A DNA stretch of 64,000 nucleotides from an uncultured Gemmatimonadales bacterium (GTDB lineage Bacteria > Gemmatimonadota > Gemmatimonadetes > Gemmatimonadales > Gemmatimonadaceae). A program made the translations under genes and the position numbers. Location of the stretch: the NCBI GenBank assembly GCA_963707505.1, contig CAVPQB010000006.1, positions 704,001 to 768,000 of the forward strand, given 5' to 3'. How positions within the stretch are numbered: position 1 is the stretch's first letter; each line of letters starts with the position of its first letter. Below the pieces are notes generated by a model, which did not search any database, was not told the DNA's origin, and was given only the letters and a program-made list of their open reading frames with translations. Below are positions 49,987 to 60,104 of the stretch, in pieces.

Positions 49987-51273
49987 ATGAGTGATGTCCA
50001 TAAGACGGTCGAGGCGGTATGGAAGATCGAGTCGACGCGGCTCATCGCCGCGATTGCCCGCGTCACCGGAGATATCGGCGTCGCAGAGGAGCTTGCTCAG
50101 GATGCTCTCGTCACTGCCCTCGAACTGTGGCCCGAGGAAGGCATCCCTGACAATCCTGGGGCATGGCTCATGAAGGCCGCGAAGCGACGCGCCATCGATT
50201 CCCTCCGGCGGAGCCGCATGCTGGTGCAAAAACACGAAGAAATTGCGCGCGAACTCGAGTGGCAACAGCAGCACCTTGCCGATGCACTGGAGCACTCATT
50301 GGACGAAGTTATCGACGACGACATCCTGCGCCTCATCTTTACCGCATGCCATCCGGTACTTCCGGTTGAAGCGCGCATTGCGCTTACACTACGTCTCGTC
50401 GGCGGCCTCACCACTGCGGAGATCGCCCGTGCCTTTCTTGTCCCCGAGAAGACGCTGGGTCAGCGGATCTTTCGCGCCAAGAAAACCCTCTCGGAAGCAA
50501 AGGTTCCCTTCGAGACACCGAGCGGGGACGAGTTGCGCCGCAGGGTAGAGTCCGTACTCATGGTGGTCTACCTGATCTTCAATGAGGGATACACCGCAAC
50601 GTCGGGCGGTGAATGGATGCGGGCGGCACTCTCCGAAGATGCGCTGCGCCTCGGCCGCATGTTGGCGCAACTTCTCCCCGCCGAATCTGAAGTCCATGCA
50701 CTTCTGGCGCTCATGGAATTGCAGGCTTCGCGTGCTGCAGCGCGCCGCGGCGAAAATGGTGAGGCAGTCTTGTTACCGGACCAGAACCGCTCGCTGTGGG
50801 ACCACGCGCAGATTCAGCGAGGACTGAGCTCGCTCGAACGCGCGCGGAAACTGGAGGGAGACGGCGGCGCCAAATACTATTCGTTGCAGGCAGCAATCGT
50901 GGCTTGTCACGCGCGTGTTCGTACAGCCGAAGAGACAGACTGGAACCAGATCGTCCTGCTCTACGATATCCTGATGCAGATCAGCCCATCTCCGATCGTG
51001 GCGCTTAATCGAGCGGTCGCCGTGGGTATGGCTCGAGGGCCGTCCGCCGGACTCGACGCACTCGATGCGGCGACCAGTCTCGCCGGCGACTCTGCGTTGG
51101 CTGGCTACCATCTCTTTCCGAGTGTTCGCGGCGACCTGCTCATGAAGCTGGGGAGGTTCGGCGAGGCGAGTGACGAAATCCAACGCGCAATCGCGATGAC
51201 AAAAAACCTTCGCGAGCAGGAATTGCTGACGGAACGGCTGAAGCGGATTGAGAAAGCCGCCTCGTCAGCCTAG
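49987..51273 (+). CDS. ECF sigma factor, ECF42 type with TPR-like extension
   Basis: AEELAQDAL, WLMKAAKRRAID, LRLIFTACHP, YLIFNEGY, LNRAVA. Confidence 0.92.
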   Translation: MSDVHKTVEAVWKIESTRLIAAIARVTGDIGVAEELAQDALVTALELWPEEGIPDNPGAWLMKAAKRRAIDSLRRSRMLVQKHEEIARELEWQQQHLADALEHSLDEVIDDDILRLIFTACHPVLPVEARIALTLRLVGGLTTAEIARAFLVPEKTLGQRIFRAKKTLSEAKVPFETPSGDELRRRVESVLMVVYLIFNEGYTATSGGEWMRAALSEDALRLGRMLAQLLPAESEVHALLALMELQASRAAARRGENGEAVLLPDQNRSLWDHAQIQRGLSSLERARKLEGDGGAKYYSLQAAIVACHARVRTAEETDWNQIVLLYDILMQISPSPIVALNRAVAVGMARGPSAGLDALDAATSLAGDSALAGYHLFPSVRGDLLMKLGRFGEASDEIQRAIAMTKNLREQELLTERLKRIEKAASSA

Positions 51274-51389
51274 GAGCTCACGTTCGCCGGCTCAACGCGA
51301 TGTTACCCGCACGTGGCAAGAGCTGACTCCGTATGCACGATCCTGCATGCACTCGTCTCGTGATGTGATTCGCCCCAACTTCCAATAGC

Positions 51390-52055
51390 TCACTCTTCGT
51401 CAGGCGGCCATCCCAGCGCGCCCATCAGAGTTTCGCCGTCGGGAACCCGAATGCCTCCAAGCTGGTCGGGTCGCGGAAGGTGAAGGTAGTCATGTACTGC
51501 ATACTTGTAGTCGAGAGCAGTTTGCGCATGCTCGACAAGTCGCGCCGCTTGGTCGATGCGCTTCCGTGCGTTGCCCTCGGCCGACACGATCGCATCGAGC
51601 CACCTCGCAATGTTCAGATCGAGCGCGAGCAGAAGGGCGAAGCCGACACCGGCGCCGAGGAGCAGACTCTGCGTCAGGGATGATGCCAACGCCGCCGCCC
51701 CCAGGATCACTGCGACCGCAATTACGCCGCTGACAAGCGTGGTCCGCGGCCGAGATCGCATGGCGCGCAGCATCGGCGCCGCGAAGAAGAAGACCGCAAA
51801 TCCTGCCGCGGCATTCCCCGCCAGAGTCTGCGCGTAGCTGTCTGGTGGCGACCGGTACGCGGCGTACACGCATGCCACCGCCGCCGCGATGATGGCGGCT
51901 CGCACGCTCGTCAGTACGAGGAAGTAGCCGGGAAGCTTGCCTTGTTCCGTTGCTGCAATGCGAGTGCCCTCTCCAATCTGCGTCAGCCACGGCCCGTCGT
52001 CATCGTCATCAGGCTCGGGGTCAGGTGACTGCGCCGGTCGATTATCTGTCGCCAT
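51390..52055 (-). CDS. Hypothetical membrane protein
   Basis: GAGGGAG RBS and four hydrophobic segments; family not recognised. Confidence 0.6.
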   Translation of the reverse strand: MATDNRPAQSPDPEPDDDDDGPWLTQIGEGTRIAATEQGKLPGYFLVLTSVRAAIIAAAVACVYAAYRSPPDSYAQTLAGNAAAGFAVFFFAAPMLRAMRSRPRTTLVSGVIAVAVILGAAALASSLTQSLLLGAGVGFALLLALDLNIARWLDAIVSAEGNARKRIDQAARLVEHAQTALDYKYAVHDYLHLPRPDQLGGIRVPDGETLMGALGWPPDEE

Positions 52056-52167
52056 TCGCCATTTCTCCCTCGGTTGATGTGCAAGTCCTGAATCATTTCA
52101 CGCTGTAGCTGCCGCCACACGTTTCGCGCGCCCTACGCAGTCGCCTGTTCGAGCGCTCGGCGTTCGA

Positions 52168-52860
52168 TCAACTCACAGTCGTGCCGAACAGGCGACCGAT
52201 GAGCGCCGACGCGCCCATCGCGAGCGCTCCCCAGAATGCGACGCGCAATGCACCGCGCGTGAGTGATGCACCACCAACTTTCGCCGCCAGCGCACCGAGT
52301 AAAACCAGGAGCACGAGCGTGGTTCCGATCACGACCACCGAGAGGTATGAGCTCGCAACAAATGCGGATACGAGGACGGGCAGGGCAGCGCCGGCGGCGA
52401 ATGACACGGCGGACGACAACGCTGCCTGGAGTGGTCGCGCGGTCGTCAGTTCCGAGAGCCCGAGCTCCTCTCGTGCATGTGCGCCCAGCGCGTCTTTCGC
52501 CATGAGCTGTTCGGCAACGTCGCGCGCCAGCGCGGGGGTGAGTCCGCGAGACTCGAAGATCTCGCTCAACTCTGCATGCTCAGCCGCGGGATTCGCAGCG
52601 AGCTCGGTCCGCTCGCGACTCAAATCCGCCGTCTCGGTATCCCTCTGCGAGCTTACCGAGACGTACTCGCCCGCCGCCATCGACATTGCGCCGGCGACGA
52701 GGCCGGCGACGCCCGCGATCAGTACTGCCGCTCGGCCGGTTCCCGCCGCGGCGACGCCAACGACGAGGCTCGCGGTGGAGATGAGCCCGTCGTTTGCGCC
52801 AAGGACGGCGGCACGTAGCCAGCCGATATGTGCGGTGCGGTGCCGTTCGATGTGGCGCAT
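52168..52860 (-). CDS. VIT1/CCC1 Fe/Mn transporter family
   Basis: WLRAAVLGANDG, SMAAGEYVSVSSQ, HAREELG. Confidence 0.93.
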   Translation of the reverse strand: MRHIERHRTAHIGWLRAAVLGANDGLISTASLVVGVAAAGTGRAAVLIAGVAGLVAGAMSMAAGEYVSVSSQRDTETADLSRERTELAANPAAEHAELSEIFESRGLTPALARDVAEQLMAKDALGAHAREELGLSELTTARPLQAALSSAVSFAAGAALPVLVSAFVASSYLSVVVIGTTLVLLVLLGALAAKVGGASLTRGALRVAFWGALAMGASALIGRLFGTTVS

Positions 52861-52944
52861 CCATAGCCCCGTGTGCAGGTCAAACCGGTGCCGCGGAAAT
52901 AACCCGGTTGTGGAATCTACAGATCCTTTGCGCCTGGATCGCAA

Positions 52945-52973
52945 ATCGTATGGCCGGTCAGTTGAAGTGTCAA
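52945..52973 (-). promoter_or_regulatory. Sigma70 promoter of the VIT1 gene
   Basis: Minus strand TTGACA-17 bp-TACGAT. Confidence 0.7.
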
Positions 52974-53088
52974 GAAGCCGCATGTTTGCAGGCAGCAGGG
53001 TTATTATTTCACATGTCTGACCTGTTTTTGCAGCAGGGGTTTCTGTAGCTGTCCCGCCACGAGAAGTATCTCTGAAACGCGAGGCAAC

Positions 53089-53826
53089 ATGGTCAGGAGT
53101 AAGCGCGCCAAGGCGTTTGTTGCGGGTATCGTGAATAGTCGCTTACTGAGTCCGCTCCGTGCCCCCGCCCTCCACGCCACTCAATTCGTGCTGGGACTCA
53201 ACCATCGTGAGGTAGTGAGTTTCGCCCAGCCGACGCGCGCCGCCGCGGTAGCCCGGATCCGTGAGATCGTCACCGGTTTTCCTTCCCAGACGGTCGGCGT
53301 GGACGAGGCTTACATGATTCGAAGCGCGGTACTTGCGACCGAACGAATTCCGGGAATCCTGGCAGAAGTGGGTGTCTTCAGGGGCGGCACAGCAAGAGTG
53401 ATTTGTGAGGCGAAGGGCGACCGAACACTGCATCTGTTCGACACTTTTGAAGGGCTCCCCTCCCCGACTGCGATCGACCGGGGTTTCGAGAGCGGCCAAT
53501 ACGCATGCAGCCTCGACGATGTGAAGAAATATCTCGATGGATGCCGGGACGTTCACTTTCACCAGGGGCTGTTTCCCGCAACGGCCGGTCCCGTTCGCGA
53601 TCTTCGATTCTCTTTCGTGCACCTCGACGTGGATCTCTATCAAAGCACGCTCGAATCTCTCCAGTTCTTCTATCCGAGGATGAGTGTCGGAGCCATGCTC
53701 ATCTCCCACGACTACGTCGAGTTCGCCGCCGTGCGCCGCGCCTTTGATGATTATCTGAGGGATTCGAGGCAGCCGGTGCTCGAGCTGAGTGGCAATCAAT
53801 GCCTGATCGTCAAGGTCGCGGACTGA
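53089..53826 (+). CDS. TylF/MycF/NovP-like O-methyltransferase
   Basis: AEVGVFRGG, LFDTFEGLP, FVHLDVDLYQST, HDY. Confidence 0.9.
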   Translation: MVRSKRAKAFVAGIVNSRLLSPLRAPALHATQFVLGLNHREVVSFAQPTRAAAVARIREIVTGFPSQTVGVDEAYMIRSAVLATERIPGILAEVGVFRGGTARVICEAKGDRTLHLFDTFEGLPSPTAIDRGFESGQYACSLDDVKKYLDGCRDVHFHQGLFPATAGPVRDLRFSFVHLDVDLYQSTLESLQFFYPRMSVGAMLISHDYVEFAAVRRAFDDYLRDSRQPVLELSGNQCLIVKVAD

Positions 53827-53845
53827 CCACCGTGGCTGAAAGGCC

Positions 53846-54916
53846 CTAGGGCGCCGCAACCTCCGCGGCGATCGGCGTGCGAACGTGGACAATGCGACGG
53901 CCAAGGGCGATCCCGGGGCGCTCGATCGTGCGGTATGCAGCCACAGGGAGCGCGACAATGAACACGCAGAACATGACCCACTGGAGCGCCACCGGCAGGT
54001 CCTTCAGCACGATGAACGCAAGCCAGATGGCTGCGAGGTGCAACAGGTATATGCTGTAGCTGTTGGTGCAGATGCTATGTGCGATGCGAGTCAGCCACGA
54101 CTCGCTCACGTCGCGCACGAGCGTGATCGCGAGCGCGACGGCGATACAGAAGGGCCATCCCCGCACCGGCAGCTCCTCACTGGGATGAGAGAGCTTGAAG
54201 ATCGCGACACAGCCCAGAAGCAGGAGAGCGAAGCTCCACCCCGGAAGCGGTGGTTGGCCACCCCGTCGGAGAATCGCATACGCAAGCACTCCAGCAACGA
54301 AGCATGGGGCGAACGCTACAACCGACTCGAGCCTCCACAGCCCCGGGATGCTGTCGGTAAAACCGTGCGTGACCAGGAGCGCGAACCCACAGCACGCGGC
54401 GAGTGCAGCAACTACCGCCCAGATACTCTTCCGGGCGAGCAGGAACGCCAGCGGAAGCATGAGGTATAGCTGCACCTCGATCGGTAGCGTCCAGAGCATT
54501 CCGGGCACCGGGTCATCCTGCGTGATGTTCTGCACCAGCGCCATGTCCGCCAGCACTGTCCGAAGATGCGGATGAACGATCAGACCGGGACTGCCGAACG
54601 GAAGCGCGTGTGGCATGATGCCAAATGCGGCCGTGCCGAGCACGGTCACGATCGCGAGCGGGTAAATCCTGAATGCACGCCGGATGTAGAACGCTCGAAC
54701 CCAATCCGGACGCGGTCCCTGACGTTCGAGCGATGACATCAGGACGAGCGACGTGTGCACGAAGAAAAGCAGAACGCCGATGCGCCCCAGCTCCCAATTG
54801 TCGATCGGCGTCGCGTCCAGCGACCACACCGCGAGCAAGTGCGCAATCAGAACGCACAACACCGCCGCAGCCCGCAGCAGGTCCAGATTGCGCTCTGGGA
54901 GCGGCGTGGCGCTCAT
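53846..54916 (-). CDS. Acyltransferase-3 (OafA-like) membrane O-acyltransferase
   Basis: LDLLRAAA, GVLLFF, RRAFRIYP, WTLPIEVQLY, SYSIYLLH. Confidence 0.9.
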   Translation of the reverse strand: MSATPLPERNLDLLRAAAVLCVLIAHLLAVWSLDATPIDNWELGRIGVLLFFVHTSLVLMSSLERQGPRPDWVRAFYIRRAFRIYPLAIVTVLGTAAFGIMPHALPFGSPGLIVHPHLRTVLADMALVQNITQDDPVPGMLWTLPIEVQLYLMLPLAFLLARKSIWAVVAALAACCGFALLVTHGFTDSIPGLWRLESVVAFAPCFVAGVLAYAILRRGGQPPLPGWSFALLLLGCVAIFKLSHPSEELPVRGWPFCIAVALAITLVRDVSESWLTRIAHSICTNSYSIYLLHLAAIWLAFIVLKDLPVALQWVMFCVFIVALPVAAYRTIERPGIALGRRIVHVRTPIAAEVAAP

Positions 54917-54965
54917 AGCGGACGAACGTACAACGGGTCATCCCAGCGGACAAGATTTTTTTGTC

Positions 54966-54989
54966 AGCGTCAGGTCCTGCGCCATACGC
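54966..54989 (+). repeat. Degenerate single arm of the 96-bp element
   Basis: AGCGTCAGGTCCTGCGCCATACGC matches the arm at 19/24; intergenic, 16 bp before TTGACA (55006). Confidence 0.5.
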
Positions 54990-55146
54990 CCAGCGAAGTC
55001 CGCCCTTGACAGGCGGGGTCGATATGTTGAAATTTCACCACGGCTGTTTTTTCAGCATACGGACGACTCCGGCCCCCGGTTTCGCCCTACCGGCTGGGAC
55101 GAACAGCGCCGCGCGATACCAGCTCGCGCATTCTTTTTGAGGCATT

Positions 55147-57786
55147 ATGCTGATTTTTCAACATAAATCCGTGCAGTCGTTCGAATCGGCCCCGTCGAGC
55201 AGCCTCGGGCCACTCTCGGCGATGTGCGCGTGGCTCGTCATCAGTATGGCTACGGCACGGCCGCAGGCGATCCAGGCGCAGCAATCCGCTCCGCCAACCG
55301 TCAGCGACAGCAACAGCAGCAGCAACAGGACTGCGGTAGCGACTCGCGCCGAGCACGCGCCGGTGATCGATGGCAAGGATGACGATCCGGTCTGGCGCGC
55401 TGCGCCAGCGGTTTCGTCGTTCCGCGAGCACGACCCGGTGGAAGACGCCGATCCCCGTTTTCGCACCGAGTTCAAAATTGCGTACGACAGCCACAACATC
55501 TACGTCTTCGTTCGCGCATTCGACAAGGACCCGAAGGCGATACGCACCACGCTCGCACGACGAGACGCGCGTGCGCCGACGGATCAGATAATCGTGATGA
55601 TCGATTCGTATCATGACGGCCGCAGCGGCTTCGAGTTCTGCGTGAGTCCCGGCGGTGTGAAGCGCGACTTCGCCATCTATAACGACAACAACGAGGACGG
55701 AAGCTGGGACGGCGTGTGGGACGTCGCGACCAGAATAGACTCGCTTGGCTGGACAGCAGAGTACGCGATTCCCATGTCGCAGCTGGGATTCACGAGCGCG
55801 CCGACGCACACGATAGGATTTAGTGTGTGGCGTGATCTGGACCGCTTCAAGGAGAGATTGAGCTGGCCGGGATATCATCCAAGCAGGAACGGTCTCGTCT
55901 CGCAATTCGGAACCGTTACCGGAATCGGTGACGTCGGCTCGACACATCCGCTCGAAGTCGTTCCGTACGTCGTCACGAAGAACGTCTCGACGACCGGCGC
56001 TTCATCCTTCGGTCGGGCGCAACGCGTTTCGGCAGGCGCCGATCTCAAGCTGGGAGTGACGCCGGGACTGCGGCTCACAGCGGCGATCAATCCCGATTTC
56101 GGACAGGTCGAGGCGGATCCATCGGTCCTCAACCTCGGTGCGTTCGAGACGTTCTTCAGCGAGCAGCGCCCATTCTTCGTCGAAGGGCAGGGACGCTACA
56201 CGATGAGCCTCAACTGCAATGCGGTCAACTGCAATTCCGAAGGTCTGTTCTATTCGCGTCGCATCGGGCGCACACCGCAGCTGCTCGGCGCGTACGGCGA
56301 TCCGGGCTCGCCTACTGCCAGCACGATTCTCGGTGCGGCGAAGCTGAGCGGACGAATCGGAAATTCCATCTCGATCGGCGCGCTCGATGCGGTGACGGGT
56401 CGGGCGGCGGGATCTTTCGACCGTACAATCGAGCCAACGACGAATTACGGTGTGTTGCGCGCTCAACGGGATTTCCGCGGCGGCGCCAGCAATATCGGGA
56501 TCATCGCAACGAGCGTGGAGCGAGACAACGACACGTGGACTTCCAATGCGCTGCGCAAGTCCGCGAGCGTGCTGGGAGCCGACTTCTCGCACAAATTCCT
56601 GGCCAACAATTACACGGTGTCCGGCTCGGTGACAGCCAGCGACGTCACAGGAACGCCGGAAGCGATCCTCAGTACACAAACCAACGCGGTTCATTACTAC
56701 CAGCGTCCGGACGGCAAGCTGCGCGTCGACTCGAGCCTCACTTCATTGAACGGAAATTCCGAGGAATTCATTTTCGGAAAGTACGGCGGCGGAATCACTC
56801 GCTTCGAGACGAGCTATCAGCGCCAGTCATCCGGCTACGAAGTCAACGACATCGGCTACCTGCAGCGGGCGGACATACAATCATGGAACAACTGGGCAGC
56901 GCTCAATTTCTTCAAGCGCACTGCGATCTACAACAGTCTCCGCGTCAACGGAAATTTCTGGAATCGATGGACCAGTGCAGGCCTGCCGCTGGAGCACGCT
57001 CTCAATACCAACGCACACATCGTATTTCACAACAACTGGAGCGCCGGCGCCGGCGGAACAATGGGACAGCTCGGCACGGTGTACTGTGACCGGTGCGCGC
57101 GCGGCGGGCCTGCCATTCGCCAGTCTTCGTACATCTCACCATGGTTCTACATCACCGGTGACGATCGGCGCCGGATCGCGCCCTCGATATCGGCAAATTT
57201 CCAGAGGAGCGACGAGGGCCGGTCGCATTACATGTCGCTCGAGCCAAGTGTCGCAATTCAGGCGACGAGCCAGCTACTGTTCTCGCTCGACGTCAACGCC
57301 GCACGCAACGACGACAACTCGCAGTGGATCGGGAACTTCAGCGACTCGACGAGCAACACGACGCACTATGCGTTCGCGCGTCTGCATCAGACCACGCTCT
57401 CGACATCGGTGCGAGCGACGTATCTCGCGACGCCGAATCTCTCGCTCCAGTTCTACGCGCAGCCATTCGTGTCCAACGGATCGTACTCCAATCCGCGCGA
57501 ATTGAGCTCCACGCCGAGGGCGGCGAGTTATGTCAACAGGTTCGTTGCATACGCGGCACCAGCATCGGCGACGTCTGGTTTCAGCGACCGCGAGTTCAAG
57601 CTGAACGCGGTGGCGCGCTGGGAATACAGACCTGGATCGACGGTGTTCCTCGTATGGACACAGGGCCGGTCGGCTTACGACGACTCGCCCGACGTGCGCG
57701 GCTGGACGGGGACGTATCCGGCTCTGTTCAAGCTGCGGCCGGACAACACATTCCTTGTAAAGGTGAGCTACTGGCTGAGCAGGTAA
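55147..57786 (+). CDS. DUF5916 protein (CBM9-like N-domain plus outer-membrane barrel)
   Basis: PVIDGKDDD..W, GWTAEYAIP, NPDFGQVEAD, EQRPFFVEG, FYSRRIG, C-terminal FLVKVSYWL. Start uncertain. Confidence 0.85.
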   Translation: MLIFQHKSVQSFESAPSSSLGPLSAMCAWLVISMATARPQAIQAQQSAPPTVSDSNSSSNRTAVATRAEHAPVIDGKDDDPVWRAAPAVSSFREHDPVEDADPRFRTEFKIAYDSHNIYVFVRAFDKDPKAIRTTLARRDARAPTDQIIVMIDSYHDGRSGFEFCVSPGGVKRDFAIYNDNNEDGSWDGVWDVATRIDSLGWTAEYAIPMSQLGFTSAPTHTIGFSVWRDLDRFKERLSWPGYHPSRNGLVSQFGTVTGIGDVGSTHPLEVVPYVVTKNVSTTGASSFGRAQRVSAGADLKLGVTPGLRLTAAINPDFGQVEADPSVLNLGAFETFFSEQRPFFVEGQGRYTMSLNCNAVNCNSEGLFYSRRIGRTPQLLGAYGDPGSPTASTILGAAKLSGRIGNSISIGALDAVTGRAAGSFDRTIEPTTNYGVLRAQRDFRGGASNIGIIATSVERDNDTWTSNALRKSASVLGADFSHKFLANNYTVSGSVTASDVTGTPEAILSTQTNAVHYYQRPDGKLRVDSSLTSLNGNSEEFIFGKYGGGITRFETSYQRQSSGYEVNDIGYLQRADIQSWNNWAALNFFKRTAIYNSLRVNGNFWNRWTSAGLPLEHALNTNAHIVFHNNWSAGAGGTMGQLGTVYCDRCARGGPAIRQSSYISPWFYITGDDRRRIAPSISANFQRSDEGRSHYMSLEPSVAIQATSQLLFSLDVNAARNDDNSQWIGNFSDSTSNTTHYAFARLHQTTLSTSVRATYLATPNLSLQFYAQPFVSNGSYSNPRELSSTPRAASYVNRFVAYAAPASATSGFSDREFKLNAVARWEYRPGSTVFLVWTQGRSAYDDSPDVRGWTGTYPALFKLRPDNTFLVKVSYWLSR

Positions 57787-57870
57787 GCCATGTGCAGCCT
57801 TGCGGCTCGGCAAGGTGCGGGCTACGCTTCGTGCGCTTCGCAGTCCCCGACACCAATCCGCCTCCGTCCC

Positions 57871-58752
57871 ATGCCTATCCGCATCCGTCCGTTCGCCGTG
57901 GTCGCCGCCACGCTCCTGACCTTCGGCCCGACACTCGGCGCGCAGCAAGTACCGAAAGCGATCTATACCGACCCACCGCGCGACGTTCAGCACCCCGCGC
58001 GCATGGAAGTGTTGCACATCCCATCCGGCGACGTGAAGATCAACGGCGTCGCATATCTGGTCGGTGGTACCGGTGTGCATCCAACTTTCGTGCTGCTGCA
58101 CGGACTCCCCGGCAATGAGAAGAACCTCGATCTGGCGCAGGCGGTGCGACGCGCCGGCTGGAACGCGATCACATTCAATTACCGTGGATCGTGGGGCAGT
58201 CCCGGCGTCTTCCGCTTCGCACAGAACCTGGAGGATGCAGATGCGGTGCTCGCATTCCTGCGCGATCCCGCCAACTCAGCCGCGCTCGGTATCGATACCA
58301 CACATCTCGTCCTCGCCGGTCACAGCATGGGCGGCTGGGTGACGGCGCTCACCGCGGCGCATCAACACGGGCTCGAGGGAGCCGTGCTCATCTCGGCAGC
58401 GGACATGGCCGCGTTCGGCGGAACGTCCAGAGCGAAAATTGTCGCTGCGATGGCCACAGACATGGAGTCGCTCGCCGGTACGAGCCCCGAGCAGATGGCC
58501 GACGAGGTGATCGCGCACAAGGACGTCTGGAACTTCGGCACCGCATACGCCGGCCTTGCGTCGATTCCGATGCTCGTCATCACATCGAACGATGGCCTGG
58601 CACCAACGAACGACGCGCTCGTCGCAGCTGTGCGCGCGCGCGGCAACACGAAAATCACAACCGCGCACTTTCCCACGGATCACTCATATTCCGATCAGCG
58701 TATAGCGCTGGAAAGCGCAGTGATCGAGTGGCTGCAGAAGATGGCGAGATAG
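57871..58752 (+). CDS. Exported alpha/beta hydrolase
   Basis: LLHGLPGNEKN, YRGSWGS, GHSMGG, TDHSY. Confidence 0.88.
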   Translation: MPIRIRPFAVVAATLLTFGPTLGAQQVPKAIYTDPPRDVQHPARMEVLHIPSGDVKINGVAYLVGGTGVHPTFVLLHGLPGNEKNLDLAQAVRRAGWNAITFNYRGSWGSPGVFRFAQNLEDADAVLAFLRDPANSAALGIDTTHLVLAGHSMGGWVTALTAAHQHGLEGAVLISAADMAAFGGTSRAKIVAAMATDMESLAGTSPEQMADEVIAHKDVWNFGTAYAGLASIPMLVITSNDGLAPTNDALVAAVRARGNTKITTAHFPTDHSYSDQRIALESAVIEWLQKMAR

Positions 58753-58866
58753 CATGGCTCGTCGATAGTTGTGTAGCAGGTGAGTCGGTTCGCCAGTTCA
58801 GCTGCGAGCGTCAATGTCCCCGCGGCATGACTCCCCGAAATGGCGATGCCCATTACCGAGCCGTGC

Positions 58867-59475
58867 TCATTCCTCGATCGCTTCGGCGACTATCGCAAAG
58901 CGTCCCTTGTCTCGACCCGTGGTAGGCGGATTCAGGAACTCGCTGAGAATTATCTTGAACCGCAAACCACCCAGTAGCGCCATCGCGGCTTCCGGGGAAT
59001 GCGAATCGTAGAAGAACGTATGCCCGAACATCGTGTCTGTGAATGCCGGATGTTCGGATCCGCCAACGGTGAGAGCAAAGCGGCCACCCAGCGGCATGAC
59101 CGCTCGCACGCGCGCAAGAATTGCGGCGTGCTCCTCTCTAGGAATATGAAAAAGCGAATCCCAGGCGATGACCGCTGCGAATTCTCCCTCGGGCTCGAAG
59201 TTCTCCAGCGATGACAGGATCCAATCCTGTTCCGGTAAGTGACTGCGCGCCAGTTGCAGCATTGCCGCCGACTGATCCACCCCTGTCACATGAACCTGTC
59301 GTGAAACCAGATATTCTGCGATCGGCCGACCCGTGCCGCAGCCAAGATCCAGGACGTTCGCACCAGTCGGTACGCGCTCGAGCGTGAGATCGAAGATTCG
59401 CCTTTCAGAGTCTGACAGGAGCAACCTTGCTTCGTGCCACTGGTGCGCGATGGCGTCGTACGACTCACGATTCAT
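58867..59475 (-). CDS. Class I SAM-dependent methyltransferase
   Basis: VLDLGCGTG, GVDQS, AWDSLFH. Confidence 0.9.
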   Translation of the reverse strand: MNRESYDAIAHQWHEARLLLSDSERRIFDLTLERVPTGANVLDLGCGTGRPIAEYLVSRQVHVTGVDQSAAMLQLARSHLPEQDWILSSLENFEPEGEFAAVIAWDSLFHIPREEHAAILARVRAVMPLGGRFALTVGGSEHPAFTDTMFGHTFFYDSHSPEAAMALLGGLRFKIILSEFLNPPTTGRDKGRFAIVAEAIEE

Positions 59476-59497
59476 ATGTCGAGTCTTTCGCGCGCGC

Positions 59498-60058
59498 TTA
59501 TCGAATCGCCTGGCTGGAAATTCGAGCAACGGCAACGACAAGCACTACACTTGCCGCGGACCACTCGAATCGCCGTGACCTGAAGATCAAGGCTCCAACT
59601 GCACATAGAAGAGCGATGGTTCGTACGAGACCGGCGAAATCAATGACGACAGCGCCGCTGGCAGCGATTGCAGCGATCCAGGTTGCTGTCTGATTGATCG
59701 CCAGAATCGTGAGGAACACATCTCTGCTCTTTGCCCATTCGGCGCGCATGTCGAGCCGCCCCGATTCCGGAATGGCTCTCGGTAATACGCTTGCGGACAG
59801 GAGAAACAGCAGGATTGGAAGAACAGCGAGCAGCACATAGTGGCCGACCACACGAGCATTCCGCGAACCGTCCAATCCCGCACCCACGGCCCACCAGTAA
59901 TTGAACAGCCACAGCAATGCGATCGTGGCCCACACGAGCGGTAACCAGTCCCACTCGACGTGCTTGCGAGCGTGGATCAGTCTGTGAAAATTGACGAGCA
60001 GATCGGCGATGCCGAGGCCGATGATGATCGAGACGAGAGTTGCCCAATGTTCTGTCAT
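59498..60058 (-). CDS. Hypothetical membrane protein
   Basis: TLVSIIIGLGIADLL..WW, with five to six hydrophobic segments. Confidence 0.7.
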   Translation of the reverse strand: MTEHWATLVSIIIGLGIADLLVNFHRLIHARKHVEWDWLPLVWATIALLWLFNYWWAVGAGLDGSRNARVVGHYVLLAVLPILLFLLSASVLPRAIPESGRLDMRAEWAKSRDVFLTILAINQTATWIAAIAASGAVVIDFAGLVRTIALLCAVGALIFRSRRFEWSAASVVLVVAVARISSQAIR

Positions 60059-60076
60059 ACGAGGGGTATTGGGTAT

Positions 60077-60100
60077 TGGGTCGGGTCGTGCGCCGTGTAC
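60077..60100 (+). repeat. Degenerate single arm of the 96-bp element
   Basis: TGGGTCGGGTCGTGCGCCGTGTAC matches the arm at 19/24, 4 bp from the GT2 stop. Confidence 0.55.
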
Positions 60101-60104
60101 GCCG

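Noticed and set aside
52017..52026. GGGGTCAGGT match to the element arm
   Set aside because: Lies inside a coding region (SPDPEP) and similarity ends after 10 nt.
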